Shown piece after piece: positions 19,465-30,198 of a DNA stretch of 64,000 bases (position 1 is the first letter of the stretch; each line of letters begins with the position of its first letter). The translations under genes were made by a program, and so were the position numbers. This DNA is from Candidatus Collierbacteria bacterium (GTDB taxonomy: Bacteria; Patescibacteriota; Microgenomatia; UBA1400; MFAQ01): contig CAISER010000025.1 in the NCBI GenBank assembly GCA_903884375.1, forward strand, positions 1,637-65,636. The letters run 5' to 3'. Below the pieces are notes generated by a model. It saw only the letters and a list, made by a program, of their open reading frames with translations, searched no databases and had not been told where the DNA came from.

Positions 19465-20634
19465 GATAACCTTGGTAATAACACCAGCGCCAACTGTAAG
19501 TCCACCTTCGCGGATAGCGAAGTTTTGGCCTTCCATCATAGCGATTGGCTGAATAAGTTCAACATTCATCTTGGCATTGTCACCAGGCATAATCATCTCA
19601 ACGCCTTCGGGAAGTTTAACTTCTCCAGTGACGTCGGTGGTTCTGATAAAGAATTGAGGTTTGTAACCTGTGAACATTGGAGTGTGGCGACCACCCTCAT
19701 CTTTGCCTAAGATATAAGCTTCGGCTTCAAATTTAGTGTGAGGAGTGATTGAGCCAGGCTTGGCCAAAACTTGACCTCTTTGGACATCATCTTTTTCAAC
19801 ACCTCTAAGTAATAGACCAACATTGTCTCCTGCTTGGCCTTGCTCGAGTTGTTGGTGGAACATTTCAACTCCGGTAACGACTGATTTAGTGGTATCTTTG
19901 ATACCAACAATTTCAATTTCATCTCCGATTTTGACGATTCCGGTTTCAATACGTCCAGTAACAACTGTACCGCGACCTTTGATAGAAAAAACGTCTTCAA
20001 CAGGCATAAGGAAAGGTTTGTCGAGATCACGAACTGGATCTGGGATCCATTCATCAACCGTATCCATTAGTTTCATAATTCCTGCTTGAGCTTCTTTGTC
20101 TCCTTCGAGAGCTTTGAGTGCTGACACACGAACGATTGGAGTGTCTTCCTCAAATTTATATTTTTTCAATAACTCTTTAATTTCCATTTCGACCAGCTCA
20201 AGAAGTTCTGGATCTGAAACGGCATCAACTTTATTTAAGGCAACTACCAATCGAGGAACGTTAACTTGGTGAGCCAAAAGTAAATGTTCTTTGGTTTGAG
20301 GCATTGGACCGTCTGTAGCAGCAACAACCAAAATACCTCCATCCATCTGGGCTGCACCGGTGATCATATTTTTGATGTAGTCGCGGTGACCTGGACAGTC
20401 AATATGTGCATAATGACGTTTGGATGTCTCATAAGGAACGTGAGAAATATTGATTGTAACTCCTCGTTCTCTTTCTTCGGGAGATTTATCAATTTGATCA
20501 AAAGGAAGAGCTTCTGCAAGTCCTTGAGCTGCTAATGTGGTGGTAATAGCGGCAGTAAGAGTGGTCTTGCCGTGGTCGACGTGACCGATAGTGCCGATAT
20601 TAACGTGAGGTTTGGTTCTTTGGTATGTAGCCAT
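19459..20634 (-). CDS. tuf: elongation factor Tu
   Basis: [15 protein letters not shown] and NKVD GTPase motifs. 391 aa. Confidence 0.97.
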   Translation of the reverse strand: MATYQRTKPHVNIGTIGHVDHGKTTLTAAITTTLAAQGLAEALPFDQIDKSPEERERGVTINISHVPYETSKRHYAHIDCPGHRDYIKNMITGAAQMDGGILVVAATDGPMPQTKEHLLLAHQVNVPRLVVALNKVDAVSDPELLELVEMEIKELLKKYKFEEDTPIVRVSALKALEGDKEAQAGIMKLMDTVDEWIPDPVRDLDKPFLMPVEDVFSIKGRGTVVTGRIETGIVKIGDEIEIVGIKDTTKSVVTGVEMFHQQLEQGQAGDNVGLLLRGVEKDDVQRGQVLAKPGSITPHTKFEAEAYILGKDEGGRHTPMFTGYKPQFFIRTTDVTGEVKLPEGVEMIMPGDNAKMNVELIQPIAMMEGQNFAIREGGLTVGAGVITKVIA

Positions 20635-20706
20635 TTTTGTTAATTTTTTTTAATTATTTATAATTGCGCTTTTTCAAGCCTATTTATTTTAGCAGATTTT
20701 ACTCTA

Positions 20707-22827
20707 TTATGCGGGATTTTTCAACAACTTGGAAGCAATATTGTTTGGTAGTTCTTGATAATGACTTGGTTCCATATAATATGAGGCACGACCGGCAGTA
20801 AGTGAACGAATAGCAGTAGCATAAGATGAAAGTTCTGAAAGAGGAACAGTTGCCGTAATAACACGTGCGTTGCCTCTTTGGGCAGTACCACCAATTTGAG
20901 CACGTCTGGCTGATAGATCTCCAATAATATCGCCCATATTGGCTTCCGGCGTGGTAACTTCGACTTTCATAATTGGTTCGAGAATAACCGGACCGGCTTG
21001 TTTGACAGCGTCTTGAAGAGCCATAGATCCCGCGATTTTGAAGGACATTTCCGAAGAATCGACTTCGTGGAAACTTCCATCGACAACTGCTACATCGAGA
21101 TCAACCATCGTAAAACCAGCGATAATACCGTTGTCAAGGGCTTCACGAACACCTTTTTCGATAGGATTAATAAATTCACGAGGAATCGTGCCACCAACAA
21201 TTTTATTAGTAAATGTGAAGCCTTCTCCGCGAGATTTTGGAGTAACAATTAAAATACAATGTCCATATTGTCCTCGACCACCCGATTGACGAATGTATTT
21301 TCCCTCGCCTCGAGCTTCTTTGGTAATAGTTTCACGATAAGCAACTTGAGGAGCCCCCGTGGTAGCGTCAACTTTAAATTCACGACGAAGACGATCAACT
21401 AATATTTCCAAATGTAATTCACCCATACCGGCGATGACAGTTTGGCCTGTTTCATGATTTGTTTTAATCTTGAAAGTTGGATCTTCTTCCGCCAATCGTC
21501 CAAGAGCAATATCCAATTTTTCTTGATCTGCTTTTGTTTTTGGTTCAATAGCTAGTGATATAACCGGATCCGGGAAGTCGATTGACTCAAGAACGATAGG
21601 TTTTGATTCGTCACAAAGAGTATCGCCTGTTTTAGTAGCTTTTAAACCAACAATACCAACAATTTCACCTGCTTTGGCTTCTTGAATTTCTTCTCGAGTA
21701 TTAGCATGCATGAGCATTAAACGACCAAGGCGCTCTCTTTCTGACTTACTGGCGTTGAAAACATATGAACCTGCTTGGATTTTCCCTGAGTAAAGACGTA
21801 CATAGGTAACTTTTCCAACATGAGGATCTGCTTGGATTTTGAATGCTAAACCCACAAAGGATTCATCAGGACTGGGTTTTCTTGTTTCGGCTTCTTTGGT
21901 TTTGGGGTTGATCCCTTCTGTGTCGGCAATATCGAGAGGAGAAGGGAGAAAATCGACAACAGCGTCAAGGAGAGGCTGGACACCTTTATTGCGTAGCGAA
22001 GAGCCAGGAAAAACTGGAACAATTTCGTTATTGATGGTAGCTTTGCGAAGAGCCGTTTTAAGATCTGCCATTGAAGGTTCCTCGCCATTTAAGTATTTTT
22101 CCATTAAGACTTCATCGGTTTCGACAATTGACTCGATGAGCTTACCTCTTTCACTTTCACACTCCGACTTCATGTCTTCGGGGAAACCATCGGTAACATC
22201 ATATTTGGCACCGGTTTCGTCACCTTGCCAAATAATAGTTTTTCTTTCCAAAAGAAGCGCGACCCCCTTGAAAGTATTTTCAACTCCAATAGGAAGCGCC
22301 ATGATGGCAGTTTTGGCTCCAAGTTTTTCATGGACATCTTTTATGGTAGCCATAAAATCGGCTCCCAAGACATCCATTTTGTTGATTAGAGCAATACGAG
22401 GTACTTTGTATTTATCAGCTTGACGCCAAACAGTTTCTGTTTGAGACTGAACTCCGCTTCCTGCATCAAGAACAATAATGCCACCATCAAGTACGCGGAG
22501 GGAGCGTTCCACTTCAGCTGTAAAGTCTACATGTCCTGGGGTATCAATAATATTAAAACGACAGTCCTCCTTGATGTTGGCATCAGCTAAAACAGGAGTC
22601 CAAAAAGTTGTGGTGGCAGCAGATACTATGGTGATACCACGTTCACGCTCTTGATCCATCCAATCCATTTGAGTATCTCCTTCATCAATATCACCAATTT
22701 TATAAGTTTTTCCAGTATAAAAAAGAATACGTTCGGTGGTTGTGGTTTTTCCAGCGTCAATGTGAGCAATGACACCAATATTTCTAACACGATCAAGTGG
22801 TACTTGTTTTGAGACGGGTGCAGCCAT
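20707..22827 (-). CDS. fusA: elongation factor G
   Basis: AHIDAGKTTTTERILFYTG, DTPGHVDF and NKMD motifs. 706 aa. Confidence 0.97.
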   Translation of the reverse strand: MAAPVSKQVPLDRVRNIGVIAHIDAGKTTTTERILFYTGKTYKIGDIDEGDTQMDWMDQERERGITIVSAATTTFWTPVLADANIKEDCRFNIIDTPGHVDFTAEVERSLRVLDGGIIVLDAGSGVQSQTETVWRQADKYKVPRIALINKMDVLGADFMATIKDVHEKLGAKTAIMALPIGVENTFKGVALLLERKTIIWQGDETGAKYDVTDGFPEDMKSECESERGKLIESIVETDEVLMEKYLNGEEPSMADLKTALRKATINNEIVPVFPGSSLRNKGVQPLLDAVVDFLPSPLDIADTEGINPKTKEAETRKPSPDESFVGLAFKIQADPHVGKVTYVRLYSGKIQAGSYVFNASKSERERLGRLMLMHANTREEIQEAKAGEIVGIVGLKATKTGDTLCDESKPIVLESIDFPDPVISLAIEPKTKADQEKLDIALGRLAEEDPTFKIKTNHETGQTVIAGMGELHLEILVDRLRREFKVDATTGAPQVAYRETITKEARGEGKYIRQSGGRGQYGHCILIVTPKSRGEGFTFTNKIVGGTIPREFINPIEKGVREALDNGIIAGFTMVDLDVAVVDGSFHEVDSSEMSFKIAGSMALQDAVKQAGPVILEPIMKVEVTTPEANMGDIIGDLSARRAQIGGTAQRGNARVITATVPLSELSSYATAIRSLTAGRASYYMEPSHYQELPNNIASKLLKNPA

Positions 22828-22946
22828 ACTTTTTGTTGTTTTGTTTAATTGTATATTTTGACGAAATAAATCTGTCCGTTATTGGGACATATTTCACGAG
22901 CTTAATTTTACCATAACACTATAGCTATGGGTATAAATAATGGCGA

Positions 22947-25007
22947 TTAATGACGGAATCGGTGGCGGGAGAAGTGTTTCGAATTTTGAGATTTTTTTTC
23001 TTGCCGTTTTTGGTGTTTCCCAAAATTACGAAATAGATCCGGAAGATAATCTTTTAACCAATCTTTTTTTACTTCCAAGCAGGTACAAGCAAAAGTTTTT
23101 CCTTGAGGGTTGATAAAGATTTCATTGGCCACTAAGAATGAACCTTTGGATGGATAGCTGTTGAAATAGACAGAGTTGGGATGAATATAAATGTTAGACT
23201 TGGTTCCATCAACTTTTTTATAATAAAATTTATCAGACTTTTGAATTAGATTGCCAATAAGACCAGCCGTAATTGCTTGATGAATGGCATCTTTTCTGAT
23301 AATCGGCTTAGTGTTGGGATCAATATTGATTTGATGGTTGGCTAAGACAGTCAAAATATCCAAACGAACGTTTTTGGCTTCTTCAAGAACTTTTTCGTTG
23401 AAATAATTTTGTTTTGCCCAATCGTCACTGTAACCACTGGCGGCATATGCTTTCCAAATATTGAGCAGAACAATAAAATCTGAGTCGTTATTATTGATAT
23501 ATTGATCATGAGCTTTGTCAGCGAGGATTGCCTGGGCAGCTTCTTGAGGTCTGATAAATAAATTTTTCCCATCTAGAAGAGAAGCAATTATGACTATTTC
23601 ATTGACACAATTTATTTTTGGATCTAACGATTCAATAATCATGCGACCCAAACAAGGTTCTACCGCCAACTCAACTAACCAATCGCCTATTTCGGTAATT
23701 TGGCCTGATTCGTCCAAAGCACCAAGAGAAGTAAGAAGATTTAGAGCTTGAATGAGATTCTCGCTGCCTGGGTGATCCATAAAATCAAAGTTTCCAACAT
23801 TTTCGATGCCGACTTTTTTCATTGCGAGAACAACTTGGGACAAGTTGGAGCGTTGAATTTCAGGCGTTTGATACTGAGGGCGGTGTTTTAAACTTTCTTC
23901 AGTAAATAATCGATAACAATAGCCTGGTGCAGTGCGACCTGCTCTTCCTTTGCGTTGCTCTAAACCACTTATGGCGTGTTCAATAAGTTCTAACTTTTCA
24001 ATCCCGGATTTTGGATCAAACTTTGTTTGTTTAATTAGTCCGGAGTCGATAACGTGAATAACCCCATCGATAGTTACAGAGGTTTCGGCAATATTGGTAG
24101 CAATAATTATTTTTCTTTTGGGTGTAATAGTAAAAATATTGTCTTGCTCTTCTGGGGGTAGCTCTGCATGAAGAGGAAGAATTTCGACATCTGAAGAGCC
24201 CAACATTGCTTCAATTTTTTCAACTGTATCAGCAATTTCCTTTTTACCTGGCATAAAAATGAGAATATCTCCTTCGAGTTTTTGGTCGATGATCATTTTG
24301 ACTTTTTCGGCAGCGCCTTTGGTAAAGTCATAGTTGTAGGGAATTTCATTTTCGTAAAATATTTTTACGGGATACATTTTCCCAGGAATTTCAACCGAGT
24401 TATTGTTATCCTTCATGCCAATGTATTCAGCAAATCTATTCCGCTCAATAGTAGCCGAGGTAACAATGACACGAATAGGATCAACTCCAGCACCCAAACG
24501 ACGTTCGTTGACATCTTTAAGAAGTCCAAGGCAGAGATCAATGTTCAAACTGCGCTCATGAGCTTCGTCAACCATGACAATGGCGTAGTCAGTGAGCAAT
24601 GGGTCAAATTGAATTTTCCTTAATAAAATACCATCCGTCATAAAAGTAATGTCGGTGTTGTCCGTTGTCATGTCTTCAAAACGAATATGGAAACCTACCT
24701 GATCACCAACTTCACATTGCATCATTTCGGAAACACGACTAGTAACACTTCTTGTGGCGATTCTTCTGGGTTGAGTAACTGCGATTCCCCCCTTAAGTTT
24801 GAGCTCGTTTCGAAGTTCAAGGAGAAGAGGCGGTAAACAAGTGGTTTTGCCTGAACCGGTTTCTCCGATAAGAACAAAGTTTTGATGCTGTCTTATTTCT
24901 TGACGCAATAAATTTCTGAGATTGGCGACAGGAAGCCTATCCAAATTTTCAAGAGCATATTCCGACGAACAAATTTGTCGATTAATAGTATTTATTTCAG
25001 GTTTCAT
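22947..25007 (-). CDS. DEAH/RHA-family ATP-dependent RNA helicase (compact HrpA/HrpB/DHX-like)
   Basis: Motif I GETGSGKTT, motif II DEAHER, motif III TSAT, motif V TNIAETSVTI and motif VI QRKGRAGR. These are followed by an HA2-like region (LGALDESGQITEIGDWLVELAVEP) and an OB-like C-terminus with a basic tail. Confidence 0.85.
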   Translation of the reverse strand: MKPEINTINRQICSSEYALENLDRLPVANLRNLLRQEIRQHQNFVLIGETGSGKTTCLPPLLLELRNELKLKGGIAVTQPRRIATRSVTSRVSEMMQCEVGDQVGFHIRFEDMTTDNTDITFMTDGILLRKIQFDPLLTDYAIVMVDEAHERSLNIDLCLGLLKDVNERRLGAGVDPIRVIVTSATIERNRFAEYIGMKDNNNSVEIPGKMYPVKIFYENEIPYNYDFTKGAAEKVKMIIDQKLEGDILIFMPGKKEIADTVEKIEAMLGSSDVEILPLHAELPPEEQDNIFTITPKRKIIIATNIAETSVTIDGVIHVIDSGLIKQTKFDPKSGIEKLELIEHAISGLEQRKGRAGRTAPGYCYRLFTEESLKHRPQYQTPEIQRSNLSQVVLAMKKVGIENVGNFDFMDHPGSENLIQALNLLTSLGALDESGQITEIGDWLVELAVEPCLGRMIIESLDPKINCVNEIVIIASLLDGKNLFIRPQEAAQAILADKAHDQYINNNDSDFIVLLNIWKAYAASGYSDDWAKQNYFNEKVLEEAKNVRLDILTVLANHQINIDPNTKPIIRKDAIHQAITAGLIGNLIQKSDKFYYKKVDGTKSNIYIHPNSVYFNSYPSKGSFLVANEIFINPQGKTFACTCLEVKKDWLKDYLPDLFRNFGKHQKRQEKKSQNSKHFSRHRFRH

Positions 25008-25120
25008 TTAGGCTGAATTAGATTAACATAAGAAGGTGAAAATATGTATAGGTGTTGTATATATGTATCTAGTGTCGTTAATTAATGATTGATGCGCTTG
25101 ACTGACGGAAAATACAAAAT

Positions 25121-25142
25121 AAGCGCCCAATTAAGGGCGCTT
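25121..25142 (-). terminator. intrinsic terminator downstream of the 61-aa gene
   Basis: AAGCGCCC-AATTAA-GGGCGCTT, a perfect 8-bp stem. On the minus strand it is followed by ATTTTGTATTTT. Confidence 0.7.
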
Positions 25143-25148
25143 TTTAAT

Positions 25149-25334
25149 TTATTCCGGTTCAGAAGGAAATTGAGCCGGGCAGTCGAATTGTCGAAAATCT
25201 GGTTTGGTTTCGGGGAGAGCCTGGTTCTTTGGTAACGATAACAAATCATCGTTACTGTTTTGGGAATTGGTGGCGGGTGCTGCTGGGGCAACGGGTTCGT
25301 TCTTTATAGATTTATTCGGTAGGCGTTTAGACAT
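25149..25334 (-). CDS. small (61 aa) Pro/Asn-rich acidic protein of unknown function
   Basis: The ATG at 25334 is preceded by the strong SD AAGGAGGT. Protein is MSKRLPNKSIKNEPVAPAAPATNSQNSNDDLLSLPKNQALPETKPDFRQFDCPAQFPSEPE. Flanked by its own promoter-like element and terminator. Confidence 0.6.
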   Translation of the reverse strand: MSKRLPNKSIKNEPVAPAAPATNSQNSNDDLLSLPKNQALPETKPDFRQFDCPAQFPSEPE

Positions 25335-25366
25335 TAATACCTCCTTAAGGTGCAAGATTTGGAGAT

Positions 25367-25375
25367 ATTTTAGCA
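25367..25375 (-). promoter_or_regulatory. extended -10 promoter element (TGCTAAAAT) for the 61-aa gene
   Basis: The minus strand reads TGcTAAAAT about 32 nt upstream of the ATG at 25334, downstream of the rpsG terminator. Confidence 0.4.
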
Positions 25376-25517
25376 CAAACACTTATTTGCTAGGTAGGAT
25401 ACAACACAATTTCCTTTTGTCTTTTTAATATCGCTCTCGGTGAAACGAATTATTTGATACATATATCCATAATAAACCCAAACATTTAACTAATCAATAC
25501 CGAATCAATATATAACA

Positions 25518-25541
25518 AAACACCCCGTTTCCGAGGTGTTT
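25518..25541 (-). terminator. intrinsic terminator after rpsG
   Basis: On the minus strand: AACACC-TCGGAAACGG-GGTGTT followed by TTGTTATATATT. It lies about 25 nt after the rpsG stop. Confidence 0.5.
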
Positions 25542-25565
25542 CTAATTATTCTATATATTATAGGA

Positions 25566-26041
25566 CTACCATCTAAAATGAGCGAAGGCCTTGTTACTTT
25601 CAGCCATTTTGTGTGTATCTAGCTTTTTCTTGATTGCTGAGCCTGTGTTTTCATGAGCTTCCATGACTTCAGCAGCAAGTTTATCAGCCAGAGTTCTGGT
25701 TGGGTTGTTGGATCTGGCCTTGGCAGCATTCAATATCCAACGAATAGCAAGTGAATCGCGACGCTCCGGACGAATGGGAGTTGGGACCTGATAAGAGGCT
25801 CCTCCAACACGACGAGAACGAACTTCAATGTTTGGTTTGACATTTTCGATAGCTTCAGAAAGAAACTCTAGGCCGTTTTTGCCTGATTTTCGGCAATGAT
25901 ATCAATGGCGGTATAAATTTGTTTGGCAGCAACTGATTTTTTGCCTTCGAGCATACAACCATTAATGATCTTGGATACCAACTCACTTCCGTAAATTGGA
26001 TCAAGTTGAATTTTTTTAGTTGGGGTTTTTTTTGATCTCAT
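25566..26041 (-). pseudogene. rpsG: 30S ribosomal protein S7 gene interrupted by a 1-nt deletion in an A4 run (probable assembly artefact)
   Basis: Manual translation from the ATG at 26041 gives MRSKKTPTKKIQLDPIYGSELVSKIINGCMLEGKKSVAAKQIYTAIDIIAE, then a premature TAG at 25870-25868. The adjacent frame continues KSGKNGLEFLSEAIENVKPNIEVRSRRVGGASYQVPTPIRPERRDSLAIRW...HKMAESNKAFAHFRW to the stop at 25566. The span is 476 nt (3n+2). Confidence 0.85.
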
Positions 26042-26046
26042 ATTTT

Positions 26047-26466
26047 TTATTTAGCAGGAGCTGGACGTTTGGTACCATATTTACTGCGACTGGTGCGACG
26101 TTTTTCAATACCGGCAGTATCAAGCTTTCCTCTTATAATGTGATATTTAACACCAGGTAGATCACGAACACGTCCTCCCCTGATCATCACGATACTGTGT
26201 TCGGCTAAATTATGGCCTTCACCCATGATGTAAGCTGTGACTTCTTGCTTATTTGATAGTCTGACACGAGCAATTTTACGTAGAGCCGAGTTTGGTTTTT
26301 TGGGAGTCATTGTTTTGACTTGAAGACAAACTCCAGCTTTTTGAGGAGATTGAGTCTCGACCATGCGCCGTTTGACTGAGTTAAAACTCTTACGAAGAGC
26401 AGTGGTTTTCACCTTTCGTGCACTAGTAAGACGACCCTTCTTGATTAATTGATTTGTTGTAGGCAT
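26047..26466 (-). CDS. rpsL: 30S ribosomal protein S12
   Basis: [13 protein letters not shown]-terminus and [18 protein letters not shown]. Confidence 0.97.
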   Translation of the reverse strand: MPTTNQLIKKGRLTSARKVKTTALRKSFNSVKRRMVETQSPQKAGVCLQVKTMTPKKPNSALRKIARVRLSNKQEVTAYIMGEGHNLAEHSIVMIRGGRVRDLPGVKYHIIRGKLDTAGIEKRRTSRSKYGTKRPAPAK

Positions 26467-26485
26467 AGATGCGTTGTGTATTTTA

Positions 26486-29400
26486 TCAGATATTTTCGAT
26501 TTTTGCTCTCAGTTTGCTCGTGGGAACCAACCGACCAATAATAACGTTTTCTTTCATGCCAATAAGGTGATCTATTTTCCCTTGAACTGCGGAGTCAGTT
26601 AAAACGGAAGTTGTATCTTGGAAAGAGGCAGCCGAAAGCCAGGAATCAGTATGTAAAGCAGCTCTTATAGCACCAAGGATTAAATTGGTAGCGGTAGCCG
26701 GTTCTCCTCCTTGAGCGATAACGGCTTCGTTGGCCATTTCATATAAACCTCGACTAATAACATCTCCTGCGACCAAAGCCGTATCACCGACAGCATCAAT
26801 TCTGACGTAGTCACACATTTTGCGTAGAATAACTTCAAAATGTTTGTCATGAATACTAATACCCTGAGACTCATAAATGGATTGAATTTCTCCAATGAGA
26901 TAGTTTTGAGTTGTACGAAGGCCTTTAATCTTTAAGAGTTGTTTGATATCTACTCCTCCTGAGGCCAATTGAGTGCCAACAGAAATTAAGTCTCCGTCAG
27001 CAACTTTAAGCGACATGGCAAGAGGAATAAGATATTCTTTTCGATCTTCTTTGGCTTTGCTACTTGGAGTGATAGTAACCAAATTACCGTTTTCTGTTTC
27101 AACAACTTTTACTTTTCCAGAAACTTCAGCAATTGGAGCAACCAACTTGGGAGTTCTGACTTCCAATAATTCTGTTACGCGAGGAAGTCCTTGGGTAACG
27201 TCGACGCCTGCAGCACCTCCTGAGTGTTTGGTACGCATAGTGAGCTGAGTTCCAGGTTCACCAATGGATTGGGCGGCAATGACACCAACCGGATCGCCAA
27301 CAATGGCAAGAGAATTGGTGGCTGTGTTATGACCATAACATTTGGCACAGAGTCCAAAACGTAGCTTACAGGTTATCGGGGAACGAACTTCGACCTCTTT
27401 AACTCCAGCTGCTTCAATTGCGGAGGCAATTTCTTCTGTTATTAATTCTCCAGCATCAACCAGTACTTTTTTCGTCTCTGGGGCAACAACTTTTTTAACT
27501 ACATAACGATAAACAATACGTTTAGCAAAAATCTTTGGTCTTTCTTCTGAAGTTATTGTAATAAATTCATCAGTACCACATTCTTCGGCACGGATAATGG
27601 CATCATGGCTAACGTCGACCAAACGACGGGTTAAGTAACCTGCGTCGGCGGTACGAAGAGCTGTGTCGGTAAGACCTTTTCTTGAACCTCTAATGGAAGT
27701 AACATACTCGAAGATTGAAAGACCTTCGCGGAAGTTGCCTTTAATTGGAAGTTCAATTAAATTGCCTAATGGATCAGCAATAAGACCACGCATGGCGGAA
27801 AGTTGTTCGATTGAGTTTTTGGTAACACGACCGGAGGCAGAGTCAATAACTAGACGAATTGGATTAACTTTTGAGAACGTTGCCCAGGTTTTTTCTGCCA
27901 AATCAGAAGCTGTTTCTCGCCACATATTAATGGTTAATTTGCTTCTTTCACTGTCGGTTATCAAACCTTGTTTGTAGTTATCTTCAATTTCTTCGGCTTT
28001 TTTGTTTCCTGAAGAAATAAGTTCCGATTTTTGGGGATAAACTTCGTTATCGGAGATGGCAAATGAGAAACTACTGATAGTGGCATATTCAAAACCAATA
28101 TTCTTAACAGCGTCAATCAATTTAACAACACGTTTGGTGTCACAAGTTTTGATAGCGCGGGTGAAGAGGGCGGAAATTTCTTTACCGGTAAAACTCTTGT
28201 TCTGGAAATCCCATTCTTTGGGAAGAATGTGATTAAAGATAATACGACCGACGGTAGTGTTGGTCATAACCATCTGTTCCGGATCAAGACGAACATCAAT
28301 TGGTTGACGAACTTCTACAACTTTATTTTGATATGCGGTAATCGCTTCCGTTGGACTACCAAAAGGATATTTATAAGGAGTTAAAGTTTCATCAATTGAA
28401 GTGAGATAGTAAACACCAACGGCCATTTCTTTACGTGAAGGAATATTGACACTTTGTCCCGAAGAGGGTTTAAGAAGATTGAATTGGGGCAACATGAATT
28501 TTTTGGCCTCACGAATAGCTTTTTTGGTTAATGGTACATGAACAGCCATTTGGTCTCCATCAAAATCAGCGTTGAAACCTTCACAAACAACAGGATGTAA
28601 TCGAATAGCAGAGCCATCGACCAGTACAGGTAAAAAGGCAAGAATTGAAAGTTTGTGGAGTGTGGGAGCGCGGTTTAAGAGTATTGGATGTTTTTTGGTA
28701 ATTCTTTCCAAAATGTCGAAAACCTCAGGTTGACGTTTTTCGATGAGAGCTTTTGCAGCTTTGACGTTTGGCGCCAAGTCTTGCTTGATGATCTCGTGAA
28801 GAACAAATGGTTTGAACATTTCAAGAGCCATATCTTTGGGAAGGCCACATTGATTAAGTTTAAGTTCCGGACCAACGATGATAACGGAACGACCTGAGTA
28901 ATCAACACGTTTTCCAAGAAGGTTTTGACGGAAACGGCCCTGTTTTCCACGAAGCATGTCTGAAAGGGACTTGAGAGTTTTACCCGTTCTGGATCTTCTG
29001 GTAGAACGTGCCTGTGAAGAGTCAATTAAAGAGTCAACAGCTTCTTGAAGCATTCGTTTTTCGTTTCTTAATATAATTTCAGGAGCTCCAAGATCAATTA
29101 AATGTTTTAAGCGGTTGTTGCGGTTGATGACACGACGATATAAATCGTTTAGGTCGGAAGCAGCAAAACGACCACCCGAGAGCTGAACCATCGGACGAAG
29201 ATCAGGAGGAATAACAGGAAGAACTTCCAAGACCATCCATTCTGGTTTTACTTTTGAATCAAGAAGGCCTCTTACTACCTGAAGACGCTTGGTGGCTCTG
29301 ACACGTTTCGCTTCTGAGCTTGAGAGAGATTCTTCTTTAAGCTTGACGGCCATCTCTTCAAGATTAACTTTCTTAAGGGCGTCCAAAATTGCCTCTGAAC

Positions 29401-30193
29401 CCATACCGGCAGTCATCCAATCTACAAGGTTATATTCGGCGAGTTTGGCGTATTCCGAGTCAGACAGAAGAGAATTAACTTGAATTTTTTCAATAATGAT
29501 AGCGAGTTTACTGTAGATTTCTTCAGTGAATGCCAATTCGACGACCATTTGTTCACGGAGACTGGCAATTTTTTGTTTGGTTTCGACTTTTAAGTCTTCT
29601 GACTTAAGTTCGCGTTCGTCTTTGGCTTTGGATTTTTTCTTTACTTCAGTAAGTTCTTTTTTACCTTCGTCTTTTATTTCTTCAATTTGCTTGTCAAAAT
29701 TAGCGCGAACTTCTTCAAGTTTGGCATCTTTTTGGATTGTAATATCTTTTAGAGCTGCTTCTCTTTTTTCTTCATCAACTGACATGATGAGGAACTTACT
29801 AAAATAAATTACCGAGGTAAGTGCTTTAGGAGAAATATCCAATAGTAGAGAAAGTTTACTGGGGGCGCCTTTGAAAAACCAAACATGGGCTACTGGAGCT
29901 GCTAAATTAATGTGACCCATGCGTTCACGACGAACACGACTGAGTGTTACTTCAACACCACATTTGTCACAAATGATACCCTTGAATCTGACTCTTTTAT
30001 ATTTACCACAATAACACTCCCAGTCCTTAACTGGACCAAAAATTCTTTCACAAAAAAGACCATCTTTTTCCGGTTTTTGAGTTCGATAGTTAATGGTTTC
30101 CGGTTTGGTAACTAAACCGTGTGACCATTTTCTAACGTCATCCGGACTGGCAAGTCTGATTTGTAATCCTGAAAAATCGACTATGTTATTCAT
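26486..30193 (-). CDS. rpoC: DNA-directed RNA polymerase subunit beta-prime
   Basis: N-terminal zinc motif [23 protein letters not shown] and the catalytic [15 protein letters not shown]. 1235 aa. Confidence 0.97.
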   Translation of the reverse strand: MNNIVDFSGLQIRLASPDDVRKWSHGLVTKPETINYRTQKPEKDGLFCERIFGPVKDWECYCGKYKRVRFKGIICDKCGVEVTLSRVRRERMGHINLAAPVAHVWFFKGAPSKLSLLLDISPKALTSVIYFSKFLIMSVDEEKREAALKDITIQKDAKLEEVRANFDKQIEEIKDEGKKELTEVKKKSKAKDERELKSEDLKVETKQKIASLREQMVVELAFTEEIYSKLAIIIEKIQVNSLLSDSEYAKLAEYNLVDWMTAGMGSEAILDALKKVNLEEMAVKLKEESLSSSEAKRVRATKRLQVVRGLLDSKVKPEWMVLEVLPVIPPDLRPMVQLSGGRFAASDLNDLYRRVINRNNRLKHLIDLGAPEIILRNEKRMLQEAVDSLIDSSQARSTRRSRTGKTLKSLSDMLRGKQGRFRQNLLGKRVDYSGRSVIIVGPELKLNQCGLPKDMALEMFKPFVLHEIIKQDLAPNVKAAKALIEKRQPEVFDILERITKKHPILLNRAPTLHKLSILAFLPVLVDGSAIRLHPVVCEGFNADFDGDQMAVHVPLTKKAIREAKKFMLPQFNLLKPSSGQSVNIPSRKEMAVGVYYLTSIDETLTPYKYPFGSPTEAITAYQNKVVEVRQPIDVRLDPEQMVMTNTTVGRIIFNHILPKEWDFQNKSFTGKEISALFTRAIKTCDTKRVVKLIDAVKNIGFEYATISSFSFAISDNEVYPQKSELISSGNKKAEEIEDNYKQGLITDSERSKLTINMWRETASDLAEKTWATFSKVNPIRLVIDSASGRVTKNSIEQLSAMRGLIADPLGNLIELPIKGNFREGLSIFEYVTSIRGSRKGLTDTALRTADAGYLTRRLVDVSHDAIIRAEECGTDEFITITSEERPKIFAKRIVYRYVVKKVVAPETKKVLVDAGELITEEIASAIEAAGVKEVEVRSPITCKLRFGLCAKCYGHNTATNSLAIVGDPVGVIAAQSIGEPGTQLTMRTKHSGGAAGVDVTQGLPRVTELLEVRTPKLVAPIAEVSGKVKVVETENGNLVTITPSSKAKEDRKEYLIPLAMSLKVADGDLISVGTQLASGGVDIKQLLKIKGLRTTQNYLIGEIQSIYESQGISIHDKHFEVILRKMCDYVRIDAVGDTALVAGDVISRGLYEMANEAVIAQGGEPATATNLILGAIRAALHTDSWLSAASFQDTTSVLTDSAVQGKIDHLIGMKENVIIGRLVPTSKLRAKIENI

Positions 30194-30198
30194 GTGAT

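Noticed and set aside
25880-25895. A programmed ribosomal frameshift or transcriptional slippage as the explanation for the split rpsG.
   Set aside because: The site (GCC GAA AAT CAG) is not an X-XXY-YYZ heptamer, I saw no obvious downstream stimulatory structure, and a 4-nt A run is too short for efficient slippage. A homopolymer assembly error is more parsimonious, but this needs read-level confirmation.
29408-29776. A Lys/Glu-rich coiled-coil insertion of roughly 90 extra residues in beta-prime, between the zinc-binding N-terminus and the [18 protein letters not shown] segment.
   Set aside because: This part of beta-prime is a known hotspot for lineage-specific insertions, so I see nothing beyond ordinary lineage variation.
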